From NCBI GenBank assembly GCA_900317905.1, contig ONIN01000009.1:97133-161132 (forward strand): a stretch of DNA of 64,000 nucleotides, written 5' to 3'. Position numbers and translations under genes: made by a program. This DNA comes from an uncultured Eubacteriales bacterium. GTDB taxonomy: Bacteria > Bacillota > Clostridia > Oscillospirales > Oscillospiraceae. The notes below the pieces were generated by a model. That model saw only the letters and a program-made list of their open reading frames with translations. It ran no database searches and had not been told where the DNA came from. Positions within the stretch are counted from its first letter, which is position 1. Every line of letters begins with the position of its first letter. This document shows positions 18,904 to 28,099 of this stretch, in pieces.

Positions 18904-19596
18904 ATGGTTCAAATGCAGGACGTCCGGATGGTCTACGGGAACACCGGCGCGGTTGCGCTGGACGGCGTCAGCTTCGACATCGAAGACGGCGAGTTCGTGT
19001 TCCTGGTTGGCCCCTCCGGCTCCGGAAAAACCACGATCATCAAGCTGCTCACCGGTGAGGAATCCGTCACCGAGGGCAAGCTCGTGGTCAACGGCTTTGA
19101 TCTGAAAAAGATGAAGAACAGAAAGCTGCCGAAGCTGCGGCGCACGCTGGGCGTCATCTTTCAGGATTTCCGTCTGATCGACAAGATGACCGTGTATGAG
19201 AACGTCGCCTTTGCCATGCGCGTGGTTGGCGCCAGCGGAAAAGAGATCCGCAAGCGTGTCCCCCAGGTGCTGGAGCTGGTGGGTCTTTCTGAGTACAGCA
19301 AGCGCCTGCCCGCGGAGCTTTCCGGCGGCGAGCAGCAGCGCGTCTCCATCGCCCGGGCTTTGGTCAACAACCCCCGGATGATCATCGCCGACGAGCCCAC
19401 CGGCAACCTGGACCCGGTGCGCAGTCTGGATCTGATGCTGCTGCTGGAGAAAATCAACGAGCTGGGTACCACCGTCGTGGTGGTCACCCACGAAAAAGAG
19501 CTGGTCAACGCATTTTCCAAGCGCGTCATCGCCATCGATTCCGGCAAGGTGATCAGCGACGGTATGGATGGGTATTTCGGCTATGAAACTGAATAG
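18904..19596 (+). CDS. ftsE: cell division ATP-binding protein FtsE
   Basis: Walker A GPSGSGKTT, signature LSGGEQQR, Walker B IIADEPT; followed by ftsX. Confidence 0.92.
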   Translation: MVQMQDVRMVYGNTGAVALDGVSFDIEDGEFVFLVGPSGSGKTTIIKLLTGEESVTEGKLVVNGFDLKKMKNRKLPKLRRTLGVIFQDFRLIDKMTVYENVAFAMRVVGASGKEIRKRVPQVLELVGLSEYSKRLPAELSGGEQQRVSIARALVNNPRMIIADEPTGNLDPVRSLDLMLLLEKINELGTTVVVVTHEKELVNAFSKRVIAIDSGKVISDGMDGYFGYETE

Positions 19597-20467
19597 ATTT
19601 TTCTACCTGGTGGGCCAGGGCGTGAAGAATATTTTCACCCACGGCTTCATGTCCTTCGCCTCCGTGGCGATCATTACGGCCTGCCTGCTGATCATGGGGT
19701 GCTTTTCGCTGATCACGCTGAACATCGACAACATGATCGCGGAGATGCAGGCACAGAACAAGGTCCTCGCCTATGTGGACGAAACCCTCTCCGAGGACGA
19801 GGCCCGCGCCCTGCAGAAGGACGTGGAAAAAGTGGGCAACATCGAATCCATCGAATTCATCACGCGGGAGGAAGCCATGAAGAGCTTCGAGTCCGACTAT
19901 GACTCTAAGCTGTTCAGCAACATCGACTCCAGCGTGTTCCGCCACCGGTATGTGATCTCCCTGACGGATATCTCCCAGATGGATCAGACCAAGACCAAGC
20001 TGGAGAACGTCAAGGGCATCGCGGACGTGACCGCGCATCTTGACTACGCGGAGAAGTTCGTCACCTTCCGCAACATCGTCAGCATCGTTTCGGTGATTCT
20101 GGTGGTCATCCTCTTTGTGGTGTCGCTGTTTATCATGACCAACACCATCAAGCTTGCCACCTTTGGAAGACGGGAAGAGATCGCCATCATGCGCATCGTC
20201 GGCGCTACCAACGGATTCATCCGGCTCCCCTTCGTGATTGAGGGTCTGCTCCTCGGCGCCCTGGGCGGCGGGATCGCCTATCTGCTGGTGATGGCGCTGT
20301 ATCATGTGGCGACCCAGAAGCTTCTGAGCGCCATGGCCTTCGGTTTCGTGGTGCTGGTTCCCTTCAGCACCGTGGCCATGCCGCTGCTGGGCGTGTTCCT
20401 GGGCGTCGGCATCCTGGTGGGCGTTCTGGGCGGCCTTTCCGCCATCCGGAACTACCTGAAGTTCTGA
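19583..20467 (+). CDS. ftsX: cell division permease FtsX
   Basis: MKLNRFFYLVGQGVKNIF start overlapping the ftsE end (an alternative ATG lies at 19568). Four TM segments with a large first extracytoplasmic loop. Confidence 0.88.
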   Translation: MKLNRFFYLVGQGVKNIFTHGFMSFASVAIITACLLIMGCFSLITLNIDNMIAEMQAQNKVLAYVDETLSEDEARALQKDVEKVGNIESIEFITREEAMKSFESDYDSKLFSNIDSSVFRHRYVISLTDISQMDQTKTKLENVKGIADVTAHLDYAEKFVTFRNIVSIVSVILVVILFVVSLFIMTNTIKLATFGRREEIAIMRIVGATNGFIRLPFVIEGLLLGALGGGIAYLLVMALYHVATQKLLSAMAFGFVVLVPFSTVAMPLLGVFLGVGILVGVLGGLSAIRNYLKF

Positions 20468-20507
20468 GTATCCCTTCCCTTTCGCAATTCTACTAAGGAG
20501 GCGTTTC

Positions 20508-21788
20508 ATGAAACGCAATACCGCAGTTCGTATTCTATGCATCCTGCTGGCAGCCATTTTCGTGCTGTCTCTGGTGGTGGTCATGCTCCCCTCGAGAGCC
20601 GGCGCCGTCACCCAGTCGGAGATCGACGCCCTGCAGTCCAAGCGGGACGAGATCCGCGCCAAGCAGCAGGAGCAGCAGAACCAGATCGACTCTCTCCGCA
20701 ATGAGCAGGCCGGTGTTCTGGAGCAGAAGGCCGCCCTGGACGCGGAGGCCAACCTCACCCAGGAGGAGATCAACGTGGTGCAGGAGCAGATCGACCTCTA
20801 CACCGACCTGATCGCCCAGAAGGAAGAGGATCTGAAGGTCGCCAAGGCTGACGAGGAAGAGCAGTCTCAGCTGCTCCGCACCAGGATGCGCGAGATGGAA
20901 GAGGGCGGCAAGCTCTCCTTCCTGGTGGTGCTGATGGAATCCCGCAGCATCTCCGATCTGCTAACCCGTATCGACATGATCAGCGAGGTCATGAACTATG
21001 ACAAGGCCCTGGAGAAGTCCCTGACCGCCGCAAGACAGCGGGTGCAGGAGGCGGAGGTCGCCATCCAGCAGGCCAAGACGGAGCAGGAAGAGAAGAAATC
21101 CGAGCTGGACGCCAAGAAGGCGGATCTGCTCAAGCAGGTTGCCGAGGCCGAGGCGCTGGTGAAGAGTCTGGAGTCCGACATCGACGCCTGGATCGCCGCA
21201 TACGATGAGACCGAGGCCGCCAAGAAGGAAGTCCAGGCCGAGATCGACAAGAAGGTCGCCCAGATGGAGGCCGAGCGCAAGGCCGCTGAGGAAGCCGCCC
21301 GCAAGGCTGCTGCCGAGGCCGCTGCAAGAGCCGCTGCCCAGCAGCAGAGCTCCGGAGGCGCCACCTACACCCCGCCGACTACTTACACCACCGGCACCGG
21401 CAGCATGATCTGGCCCTGCCCCAGCTGCCATACTCTCACCAGCTACTTCGGTTACCGTGTCCACCCGATCTACGGTACCACCAAATATCACTCCGGCGTT
21501 GACATCGGCGCCAGCTACGGTTCCAGCATTCTGGCGGCTGACGGCGGCACCGTCATCACCGCGGGCTGGGTCTCCGGCTACGGCAACTGCGTGGTCATCA
21601 GCCACGGCGGCGGCGTCAGCACCCTGTACGGACACATGAGCTCCATTGCTGTCAGCGTGGGCCAGAGCGTCTCGCAGGGTCAGACCATCGGCTACGTGGG
21701 CTCCACCGGCAACTCCACCGGCCCCCACCTCCACTGGGAGGTCGCGGTCAACGGCGTGCGGCAGGATCCGCTGAACTACGCCAGCTGA
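20508..21788 (+). CDS. coiled-coil M23 peptidoglycan metalloendopeptidase (EnvC/PcsB-like FtsEX partner)
   Basis: Signal/TM segment, long Q/E/A-rich coiled coil, then the M23 motifs HSGVDIGA and GNSTGPHLHWEV. Confidence 0.88.
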   Translation: MKRNTAVRILCILLAAIFVLSLVVVMLPSRAGAVTQSEIDALQSKRDEIRAKQQEQQNQIDSLRNEQAGVLEQKAALDAEANLTQEEINVVQEQIDLYTDLIAQKEEDLKVAKADEEEQSQLLRTRMREMEEGGKLSFLVVLMESRSISDLLTRIDMISEVMNYDKALEKSLTAARQRVQEAEVAIQQAKTEQEEKKSELDAKKADLLKQVAEAEALVKSLESDIDAWIAAYDETEAAKKEVQAEIDKKVAQMEAERKAAEEAARKAAAEAAARAAAQQQSSGGATYTPPTTYTTGTGSMIWPCPSCHTLTSYFGYRVHPIYGTTKYHSGVDIGASYGSSILAADGGTVITAGWVSGYGNCVVISHGGGVSTLYGHMSSIAVSVGQSVSQGQTIGYVGSTGNSTGPHLHWEVAVNGVRQDPLNYAS

Positions 21789-21869
21789 TTGGATTCTCAT
21801 TTTGAACAAAATCTTCGCCGGGCAGGCTGAAACGTCTGCCCGGCGTGAATGCTGATTGGGAGGCATTTT

Positions 21870-23126
21870 ATGGATGAGCAAAACACCCCCGTCACCCCCC
21901 GGCGGGAGCGAAAAAAACCGGAAAAGCGGCGTCGTTCCGCCAGACTTCCCGGCCTGTTTGCGGCTATCATAGCCTGTGTGCTGTGCGTGGCCATCACCGC
22001 AGGCGCCATGTGTCTGGTCTTTTTCGGGAAGTTCGGCGGCGTGTCCAACTTCAAGCTGGCGAGAAAGCTGGCGGAAGTCAAAGACGTCGTGGATAAAAAC
22101 TATATCGGCGAGCTGAAGGATCAGGACGTCATCGACGCCGCGGCCGCCGCCATGGTCACCGCCTCCGGCGACCAGTGGAGCTACTACATGACCCCCGAGG
22201 AGTACGTGGCCTATCAGATGTACTCCGCCAACGAGTATGCCGGCATCGGCGTCACCATTCAGGCGGAATCCACCTCCGGCGGCTACCGGATCGTGGCGGT
22301 CACCGCCGACTCCCCTGCCTCCAAGGCCGGTCTGGTGGCCGGTGATGTGATCCTCTCGGTGGACGGCTCCGACGTCTCCGGCAAGTCTCTGGTGGAGGTG
22401 CAGCAGCTGATCCGCTCCAAGGTGGACCGAACCATTGCCTTTACCATCCGCGGCACCGACGGCCAGAGCCGCACGGTGAACGTGGACTGCACCGTAATCC
22501 ACACCAACCCTGTGTCCTTTGAGATGCTGGATGGCAACATCGGCTATATCAAGATCACCAACTTCGAGTCCGGCAGCGGCGACGGCGCCGTAAAGGCCAT
22601 CGACCAGCTGCTGGCCGACGGCGCGTCCTCCGTGATCTTTGACGTCCGCGGCAACCCCGGCGGCAAGCTCACAGAGCTCATTACCCTGCTGGATCACATT
22701 CTCCCCGAGGGTGAGATCTTCGTCAGCGTGGACAAATCCGGCAAGGAGACCGTCACCAAGTCCGACAACATCTGCGTCAAGGTGCCCATGTGCGTGCTGG
22801 TCAACGGCAGCACCTACAGCGCGGCCGAGTTCTTTGCCGCAGCCCTGCAGGAATACGACTGGGCCACCGTCGTGGGTGAGCAGACCTCCGGCAAGGGCCG
22901 CAGCCAGACCACCATCGTCCTCTCGGACGGCAGCGCCGTGCACATCTCCAGCGCCAAGTATCTCACCCCCCACCGGGTGGATCTGTCGGAAGTCGGCGGA
23001 CTGACCCCCGATCTGGTTCGCACCCAGGTCACCGAGACCGTCACCGATCCTGACACCGGCGAGGTCATTGAGCAGGAATCGGACACCGACGCCCAGCTGG
23101 AGGCCGCCATCCTGGCCCTGCAATAA
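21870..23126 (+). CDS. S41 family C-terminal processing peptidase
   Basis: Start moved to MDEQNT (GGGAGG 7 nt upstream). PDZ-like region, then RGNPGG and VLVNGSTYSAAEFFAAAL. Confidence 0.88.
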   Translation: MDEQNTPVTPRRERKKPEKRRRSARLPGLFAAIIACVLCVAITAGAMCLVFFGKFGGVSNFKLARKLAEVKDVVDKNYIGELKDQDVIDAAAAAMVTASGDQWSYYMTPEEYVAYQMYSANEYAGIGVTIQAESTSGGYRIVAVTADSPASKAGLVAGDVILSVDGSDVSGKSLVEVQQLIRSKVDRTIAFTIRGTDGQSRTVNVDCTVIHTNPVSFEMLDGNIGYIKITNFESGSGDGAVKAIDQLLADGASSVIFDVRGNPGGKLTELITLLDHILPEGEIFVSVDKSGKETVTKSDNICVKVPMCVLVNGSTYSAAEFFAAALQEYDWATVVGEQTSGKGRSQTTIVLSDGSAVHISSAKYLTPHRVDLSEVGGLTPDLVRTQVTETVTDPDTGEVIEQESDTDAQLEAAILALQ

Positions 23127-23176
23127 TCGAGCAAAAATATTAATTCAAATAAATCATCAGGAAGAAGGAACACACC

Positions 23177-23665
23177 ATGGCAAACGAGAGCAGATATAAA
23201 ATGAGTTCCGAGCGCCTTGAAGCGCTCAAGGCAGAGCTGCAGCATCTGGACACCGTCGGCATGAAGGAAGCCGCCGAGCGGATCAAGGAGGCCCGCGCCT
23301 TCGGCGATCTGAGCGAGAACAGCGAGTACGACGAGGCCAAAAACGAGCAGGGCAAGATCGCTTCCCGCATCGCAGAGCTGAAGGACCTGATCGAGCACGC
23401 GATCATCACCGAGAAGGTGGAGGACGCCGAGCACGCCGACGTGGTCACCATCGGCAGCAAGGTCAAGCTGGTGGATCTGGAGGACGACTACGAGGAGGAG
23501 TACCAGATCGTCGGCTCCCAGGAGATCGACCCCATGCACGGTCTCATCTCCGACGACAGCCCCATCGGCTTTGCCATCAAGGGCCACCGCGCCGGCGACG
23601 TCGTCACCGTGGAAGCGCCCGCCGGAGAGCTGAAGTTCAAGATTGTGGAAGTCATCAACGATTGA
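23177..23665 (+). CDS. greA: transcription elongation factor GreA
   Basis: 162 aa; GDLSENSEYDEAKNEQ coiled-coil tip motif and GreA C-terminal domain. Confidence 0.93.
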   Translation: MANESRYKMSSERLEALKAELQHLDTVGMKEAAERIKEARAFGDLSENSEYDEAKNEQGKIASRIAELKDLIEHAIITEKVEDAEHADVVTIGSKVKLVDLEDDYEEEYQIVGSQEIDPMHGLISDDSPIGFAIKGHRAGDVVTVEAPAGELKFKIVEVIND

Positions 23666-23683
23666 TATTGGAGAGATAGATTC

Positions 23684-25186
23684 ATGAGCGAAGAAAAGAA
23701 CAACCAGACCCCCGCACCGGAGCAGGATCTCTCTGAGCTGCTGCAGATCCGCCGTGACAAGCTCAAGGCCCTGCAGGACGAGGGCCGCGACCCCTTCCAG
23801 CGCACCCGCTTTGTCAGAAGCGCCTGGTCCGAGGAGATCAAGGCTGATTTTGACGGCTTCAACGAAAAGACCGTCCAGGTGGCGGGCCGCATCATGTCCA
23901 AGAGAGGCATGGGCAAGGCCATCTTCTGCCACATCCAGGACGACAAGGGCCAGATCCAGCTCTACATCCGCAAGGACGCAGTCACCGAGCAGGAGTTTAT
24001 GGACTTCCGCAAGTACGACATCGGTGACATCATCGGCGTCAGCGGCTTCGTGTTCCAGACCAAGACCGGCGAGATCAGCGTCCACGTGGAATCCGTGGAG
24101 CTGCTGAGTAAGTCCCTGCGTCCCCTGCCGGAGAAGTTTCACGGCATGACCAGCACGGAGCTGAAGTACCGCCAGCGGTACGTGGATCTGATCATGAGCC
24201 GCGAGAGCCGCCGCAACTTCGAGATCCGCAGCGCCTTCATCCGCCACGTCCGCAAGTATCTGGACGACCACGGCTACATGGAGGTGGAGACCCCGGTGCT
24301 GAACACCATCTCCGGCGGCGCCACCGCGCGACCCTTCATCACCCACCACAACACTCTGGACATGGACATGTACCTGCGCATCGCCACCGAGCTGAACCTG
24401 AAGCGGCTCATCGTCGGCGGCATCGAGCGGGTTTATGAGATCGGCCGCATCTTCCGCAACGAGGGCATGGACACCAAGCACAACCCCGAGTTCACCACCG
24501 TGGAGCTCTACCAGTCCTACGCCGATTTCAACGATATGATGGATCTGTTTGAGGAGCTTCTGAGCTCCGCCGCCAAGGAGATCGTCGGCAGTTATCAGCT
24601 CCAGTGGCAGGATCACGACATCGATCTGACCCCCGGCTGGCCCAGACTCACCATGGCCGAGGCCGTGAAGAAGTACGTGGGCGTGGACTTCATGGAGATC
24701 ACCGACGACGCCGAGGCCGTGGCCGCTGCCAAGACTGCCGGCGTGGACATGGAAAAGGTGGAACCCACCTGGGGCCACGCGCTGTATGAGTGCTTCGACC
24801 AGAAGGTGGAAGAGCAGCTGATCCAGCCCGCCTTCATCACCATGCATCCGGTGGACGTCTCCCCCCTCGCCAAGCGGAGCCCCAAGGATCCCCGTCTCAC
24901 CGAGCGGTTCGAGCTCTTCATCTGCCACAGCGAGATGGGCAACGCCTTCTCGGAGCTCAACGACCCCATCGACCAGCGCCAGCGCTTCCAGAAGCAGGTG
25001 GAGCTGCGTGCCAAGGGCGACGATGAGGCCGGTATGATGGATGAGGACTTCATCAATGCGCTGGAGTACGGCATGCCCCCCACCGGCGGCCTGGGCATCG
25101 GCATCGACCGCTGCGTGATGCTCCTCTGCGGCGTGAACTCCATCCGCGACGTGATTCTGTTCCCGACGATGAAGCCGGAATCCTGA
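23684..25186 (+). CDS. lysS: lysine--tRNA ligase (class II)
   Basis: 500 aa; OB-fold N-terminus, class II motifs YRQRYVDL, FRNEG and GLGIGIDR. Confidence 0.95.
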   Translation: MSEEKNNQTPAPEQDLSELLQIRRDKLKALQDEGRDPFQRTRFVRSAWSEEIKADFDGFNEKTVQVAGRIMSKRGMGKAIFCHIQDDKGQIQLYIRKDAVTEQEFMDFRKYDIGDIIGVSGFVFQTKTGEISVHVESVELLSKSLRPLPEKFHGMTSTELKYRQRYVDLIMSRESRRNFEIRSAFIRHVRKYLDDHGYMEVETPVLNTISGGATARPFITHHNTLDMDMYLRIATELNLKRLIVGGIERVYEIGRIFRNEGMDTKHNPEFTTVELYQSYADFNDMMDLFEELLSSAAKEIVGSYQLQWQDHDIDLTPGWPRLTMAEAVKKYVGVDFMEITDDAEAVAAAKTAGVDMEKVEPTWGHALYECFDQKVEEQLIQPAFITMHPVDVSPLAKRSPKDPRLTERFELFICHSEMGNAFSELNDPIDQRQRFQKQVELRAKGDDEAGMMDEDFINALEYGMPPTGGLGIGIDRCVMLLCGVNSIRDVILFPTMKPES

Positions 25187-25222
25187 TCGGCAGATAAAAA
25201 CATATTGATTCTCAATGCTTTA

Positions 25223-25256
25223 CGGGCTCTCGCAAGTTTGCGAGAGCCCGTTTTTA
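25223..25256 (+). terminator. lysS intrinsic terminator
   Basis: 13-bp stem CGGGCTCTCGCAA / TTGCGAGAGCCCG followed by TTTTT. Confidence 0.85.
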
Positions 25257-25273
25257 CGACAGTTTTACGACAG
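25252..25273 (+). repeat. tandem 11-nt duplication TTTTACGACAG x2 at the lysS/integrase junction
   Basis: Two exact adjacent copies. The first copy starts inside the terminator T-run; the integrase stop codon is only 22 nt further on. Confidence 0.9.
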
Positions 25274-25294
25274 ATTTACTTCTGGTTTCACCGT

Positions 25295-26563
25295 TCAACT
25301 GATTCTGATTTTGCCTTCCAAATTCGCGAAGCTCTCCAATTTCTTTTCCTTGGTCGCTTCGTTATAGACGTCCATGGTGGTGGAGATGCTGGCGTGTCCC
25401 ATGATCTCCTGAATGACCTTCAGGTTGGTCTCATTTTCGCAGAACCTTGTACAGAATGTGTGCCGCAGATGGTGGGCACTGAAGTGCGGCAGCAGGAGCG
25501 GTTCCCTGTTCTCCTTTTCTGCCTTGGCTGTTTCCTCGGCGTTGTAGGCGTTGCTGATGCTGACGATCGCACGGTTCAGGCAATGAGGCGACATCGGGTT
25601 GCCAAACCGATTACTGAAGATGAAGCCCGTGTAGCCGTCGATCACAAAGTCGTTAAAGCCCATCATTCTCTGTCTGGCAAACTCCCGCCGCAGCGTGTCG
25701 CGGACGTCGTTCAGCATCGGGATCTGTCGGACGCCGGAGCGGGTCTTTGGCGTCGTGACGTGAAAGCGCATGGAGCCGTCGTCCTGCTGCCTGTAGATCA
25801 GAGCGTGGTCGATAGTGATGATATTTTCGTTGAAATTGCAGTCCTCCCAGCGGAGTCCCAGCGCCTCACCGATGCGGCAGCCGGTACCCAGCAGCAATGT
25901 GATCAGCGGCAGCCAGCGGGCGTATTTTTTGGAGCCCGCAACATAGCTGACGAAGGCCTCCTGCTCCGGTACGGTCAGAGCCTTGCGCTTGGTCTTTTCC
26001 CAACCAAATGATCGTTTGATCTCCGCGATGGCGCCATTGGTCGGGTTGATGCGGATCAGGCCGTCCCGCACAGCGTTCTCAAAAACCGGGTGCAGGATCG
26101 TCTGGAACGTCTCGATGCTGTTGGGCTTGAAACCGAGGTCGTGCATCAGGTGCACGTAGAAGCTTTTGATATCCGTGAAGTGGATGTTGGCGATCCGCTT
26201 CGTGCCCAGCTCGTAGCGGACAAATCGATCGTACATGTAAATGTAGTTGTTTCGTGTGGAGTCCTTCAGCTCCACCTTGCCAGAGATGTAGATTTCAAAG
26301 AGCTCGTTCAGCGTCGTGCGCTGGGATTCTACGGTGTCGATCCAGTCCTCCTTATCCAGGAGGATCTGTTTCTCCAGCTCCCGGAGAGATGTGCCTTTTT
26401 TCTTCCCCGGCGGCGTCCGATCCGTTTCCACCAGCCGCCAGCTGTAGACAGAGTGCCTGTCCCCTCTCCGGTCGGTGAACTTGTACTCGTAGCGTCCGTC
26501 GCTCCGCTGGAACTCGTTGTCCTTCAGATTCCGCCCCTTGTCGTCCTTGCGTTTCTCTGCCAT
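25295..26563 (-). CDS. int: tyrosine-type site-specific integrase (Tn916 Int-like)
   Basis: 422 aa. N-terminus RKDDKGRNLKDNEFQRSDGRYEYKF resembles the Int-Tn arm-binding domain. Full catalytic set present: GCRIGE (Arg), TPKTRSG (Lys), HHLRHTF (His-x-x-Arg), GHAS, DVYNE (Tyr). Confidence 0.92.
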   Translation of the reverse strand: MAEKRKDDKGRNLKDNEFQRSDGRYEYKFTDRRGDRHSVYSWRLVETDRTPPGKKKGTSLRELEKQILLDKEDWIDTVESQRTTLNELFEIYISGKVELKDSTRNNYIYMYDRFVRYELGTKRIANIHFTDIKSFYVHLMHDLGFKPNSIETFQTILHPVFENAVRDGLIRINPTNGAIAEIKRSFGWEKTKRKALTVPEQEAFVSYVAGSKKYARWLPLITLLLGTGCRIGEALGLRWEDCNFNENIITIDHALIYRQQDDGSMRFHVTTPKTRSGVRQIPMLNDVRDTLRREFARQRMMGFNDFVIDGYTGFIFSNRFGNPMSPHCLNRAIVSISNAYNAEETAKAEKENREPLLLPHFSAHHLRHTFCTRFCENETNLKVIQEIMGHASISTTMDVYNEATKEKKLESFANLEGKIRIS

Positions 26564-26573
26564 GGCAGCCCTC

Positions 26574-26915
26574 TCAGATGTCGTTGTACCGATCCAGGAA
26601 CTCTTCGAAGGCTTCCCGCTTGATCAGGGCCCGGCTGCCGTTGTGAAGCGCGTAGGGCGCGTCGGGGTTGTCTCTGAGGATCTCCCGCAGCTTGGTTTCG
26701 CCGATGGAAAAGTAATCCGAAGCATCCTTGATGCTCAGCGCGTACTTTTTCCACACCGGAACATTTTCGGTCTTCAGTCGCTCCGCGGTCTCCTGCATGA
26801 TCTCCTTGAGCTCCCGGAGGCTCCTCGGCATCACCACGTCCGCTGGATTGATTTGATGATACTCTCTGTAGTCATCACGTCGGTATGCAGTTCTGTTAAT
26901 CGTATTGTTTCTCAT
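26574..26915 (-). CDS. xis: excisionase (Tn916 Xis-like) with N-terminal extension
   Basis: The C-terminal 65 aa (VPVWKKYALSIKDASDYFSIGETKLREIL...NGSRALIKREAFEEFLD) parallel Tn916 Xis. The ATG at 26915 has AGGAGG 6 nt upstream, so the 113-aa form is kept. Confidence 0.85.
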   Translation of the reverse strand: MRNNTINRTAYRRDDYREYHQINPADVVMPRSLRELKEIMQETAERLKTENVPVWKKYALSIKDASDYFSIGETKLREILRDNPDAPYALHNGSRALIKREAFEEFLDRYNDI

Positions 26916-27045
26916 AAAAATCCTCCTAAAAATCTGATTTATTTCCGCTTGCCAGAAAGGAATTGGATGCGGTTATTGTTATGATATACTCTCCTCCGCC
27001 GGATGGGTTTTCGCCGATTTCATCACCTCCCTGATCATCCTGTTT

Positions 27046-27088
27046 AAAGCAGAAACTAGGCAAGCACCAATCAATTAAGCTTGCCTAG
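27046..27088 (-). terminator. hairpin terminator of the recombinase-like gene
   Basis: 10-bp stem CTAGGCAAGC (27056-27065) / GCTTGCCTAG (27079-27088). On the minus strand it is followed by TTTCTGCTTT. Confidence 0.6.
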
Positions 27089-27105
27089 TCTACTATGTAT
27101 GCGAT
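27071..27105. repeat. left copy of a ~36-bp imperfect inverted repeat
   Basis: TCAATTAAGCTTGCC-TAGTCT-ACTATGTATGCGAT. Matches the reverse complement of 29182..29218 in two collinear perfect blocks of 15 and 14 nt. Confidence 0.85.
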
Positions 27106-27138
27106 ACCCGGTGGAGGGTTAGAAGTATTCAGTTGTTG

Positions 27139-28068
27139 TCAAACCCGGAAAGCCTCTTTCCAGAGTTCGTAATCTCGCGCCATGTCCCTGGCCTGCGCCA
27201 CAAGATTATGCTGCATTGGTTCGGCTCCGCCGTTCCTGTGCATGATGATGCGCCTGACAATAGGACGGAAGCTTGGCTGCATTCCGATCTGTTCCCGCTG
27301 AAGCGTTCGGTAATACAAGCCGGAAAGCCGGATGGACGAGATGGTCGGCGGATTATCTTCGTCTGGCAAGGCGTTCAGTCTCACCCCAATGCGAGCTCTG
27401 AAACTCTTGATTGTCGTCTGGCCGTGAACGCCACGGAGCAGCGTGTCCCCCGGGACTCTCTCGCGAACGATCACATTTTTGTATTTTGGATGCTTATAAT
27501 TGAAATGGTCTTTCTCTACGAGCCACTCGAAATCTGGGATCGCTTCCCTGCAGATCTCAAACTCCTCGCCGCCGGTCTTGATAATCAGCCTCGATAAACT
27601 AACATCGGATGTTTTCACGTCGATCGCCTGATCCTCGAACATCCCAAAGTACGCCATCCAAAGATACGCGCGGTATATGATATGGATCGTACCCTCGCTG
27701 GTGTCGTCGAAGCGTTCGTTCAGGAGCTTCAGCATATGCTGCGGGTTCGCCAGCATCCGTTTCCGGTACGGTTCCAGATCCTTCATGTCGAGCTGATCCG
27801 TCAGGTCGTTCGCTCCTTCGACGCCTTGAGAAATACACCATCTGCAGTAGGTTCTTAACGCGGTTTGCGCTGTGACCCTTGATACGGTCTTGTTGCCGGA
27901 AACCAGCTTGAATACCCCTGTGAGTTCCTCCAGAGTCATTTGGCAAATATCCTTCGAAGCCGCCTCCTCTAACGGCTCTGTCCTTTCAAATAGCCACGTT
28001 AACCACCGCCGTCTGGAATCTTTGTCTTCCAGTTCTATGTACTGGAATTTTAAGGATTCGTTGTACAT
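27139..28068 (-). CDS. tyrosine-recombinase-fold protein with degenerate active site (MrpR/YopR-like repressor candidate)
   Basis: Start moved to MYNESLKF (GAGGTG 5 nt upstream), because the track extension to 28128 runs through its own promoter. It has a core-binding-like N-terminus and a catalytic-domain-like C-terminus. However, the Arg-I position reads YFGMFEDQ and the HxxR position reads SSIRLSG. Confidence 0.65.
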   Translation of the reverse strand: MYNESLKFQYIELEDKDSRRRWLTWLFERTEPLEEAASKDICQMTLEELTGVFKLVSGNKTVSRVTAQTALRTYCRWCISQGVEGANDLTDQLDMKDLEPYRKRMLANPQHMLKLLNERFDDTSEGTIHIIYRAYLWMAYFGMFEDQAIDVKTSDVSLSRLIIKTGGEEFEICREAIPDFEWLVEKDHFNYKHPKYKNVIVRERVPGDTLLRGVHGQTTIKSFRARIGVRLNALPDEDNPPTISSIRLSGLYYRTLQREQIGMQPSFRPIVRRIIMHRNGGAEPMQHNLVAQARDMARDYELWKEAFRV

Positions 28069-28099
28069 GGTGGCACCTCGTTTCCTAGCATCTGGACAC

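Noticed and set aside
20961-24928. Two very long minus-strand ORFs (720 and 704 aa) across M23, S41 peptidase, greA and lysS
   Set aside because: Compositionally biased (G/A/D/L/V). They span several independent, well-recognised plus-strand genes and have no motifs.
26574-26795. A shorter excisionase starting at an internal Met, matching the 67-aa Tn916 Xis length
   Set aside because: The internal ATGs lack a Shine-Dalgarno sequence, whereas the ATG at 26915 has AGGAGG at ideal spacing. The long form is kept, with the caveat noted.
26517-27597. Plus-strand ORFs 26517..26984 and 27133..27597 antisense to xis and the recombinase-like gene
   Set aside because: No RBS or motifs. The minus-strand genes have strong RBSs and clear family resemblance.
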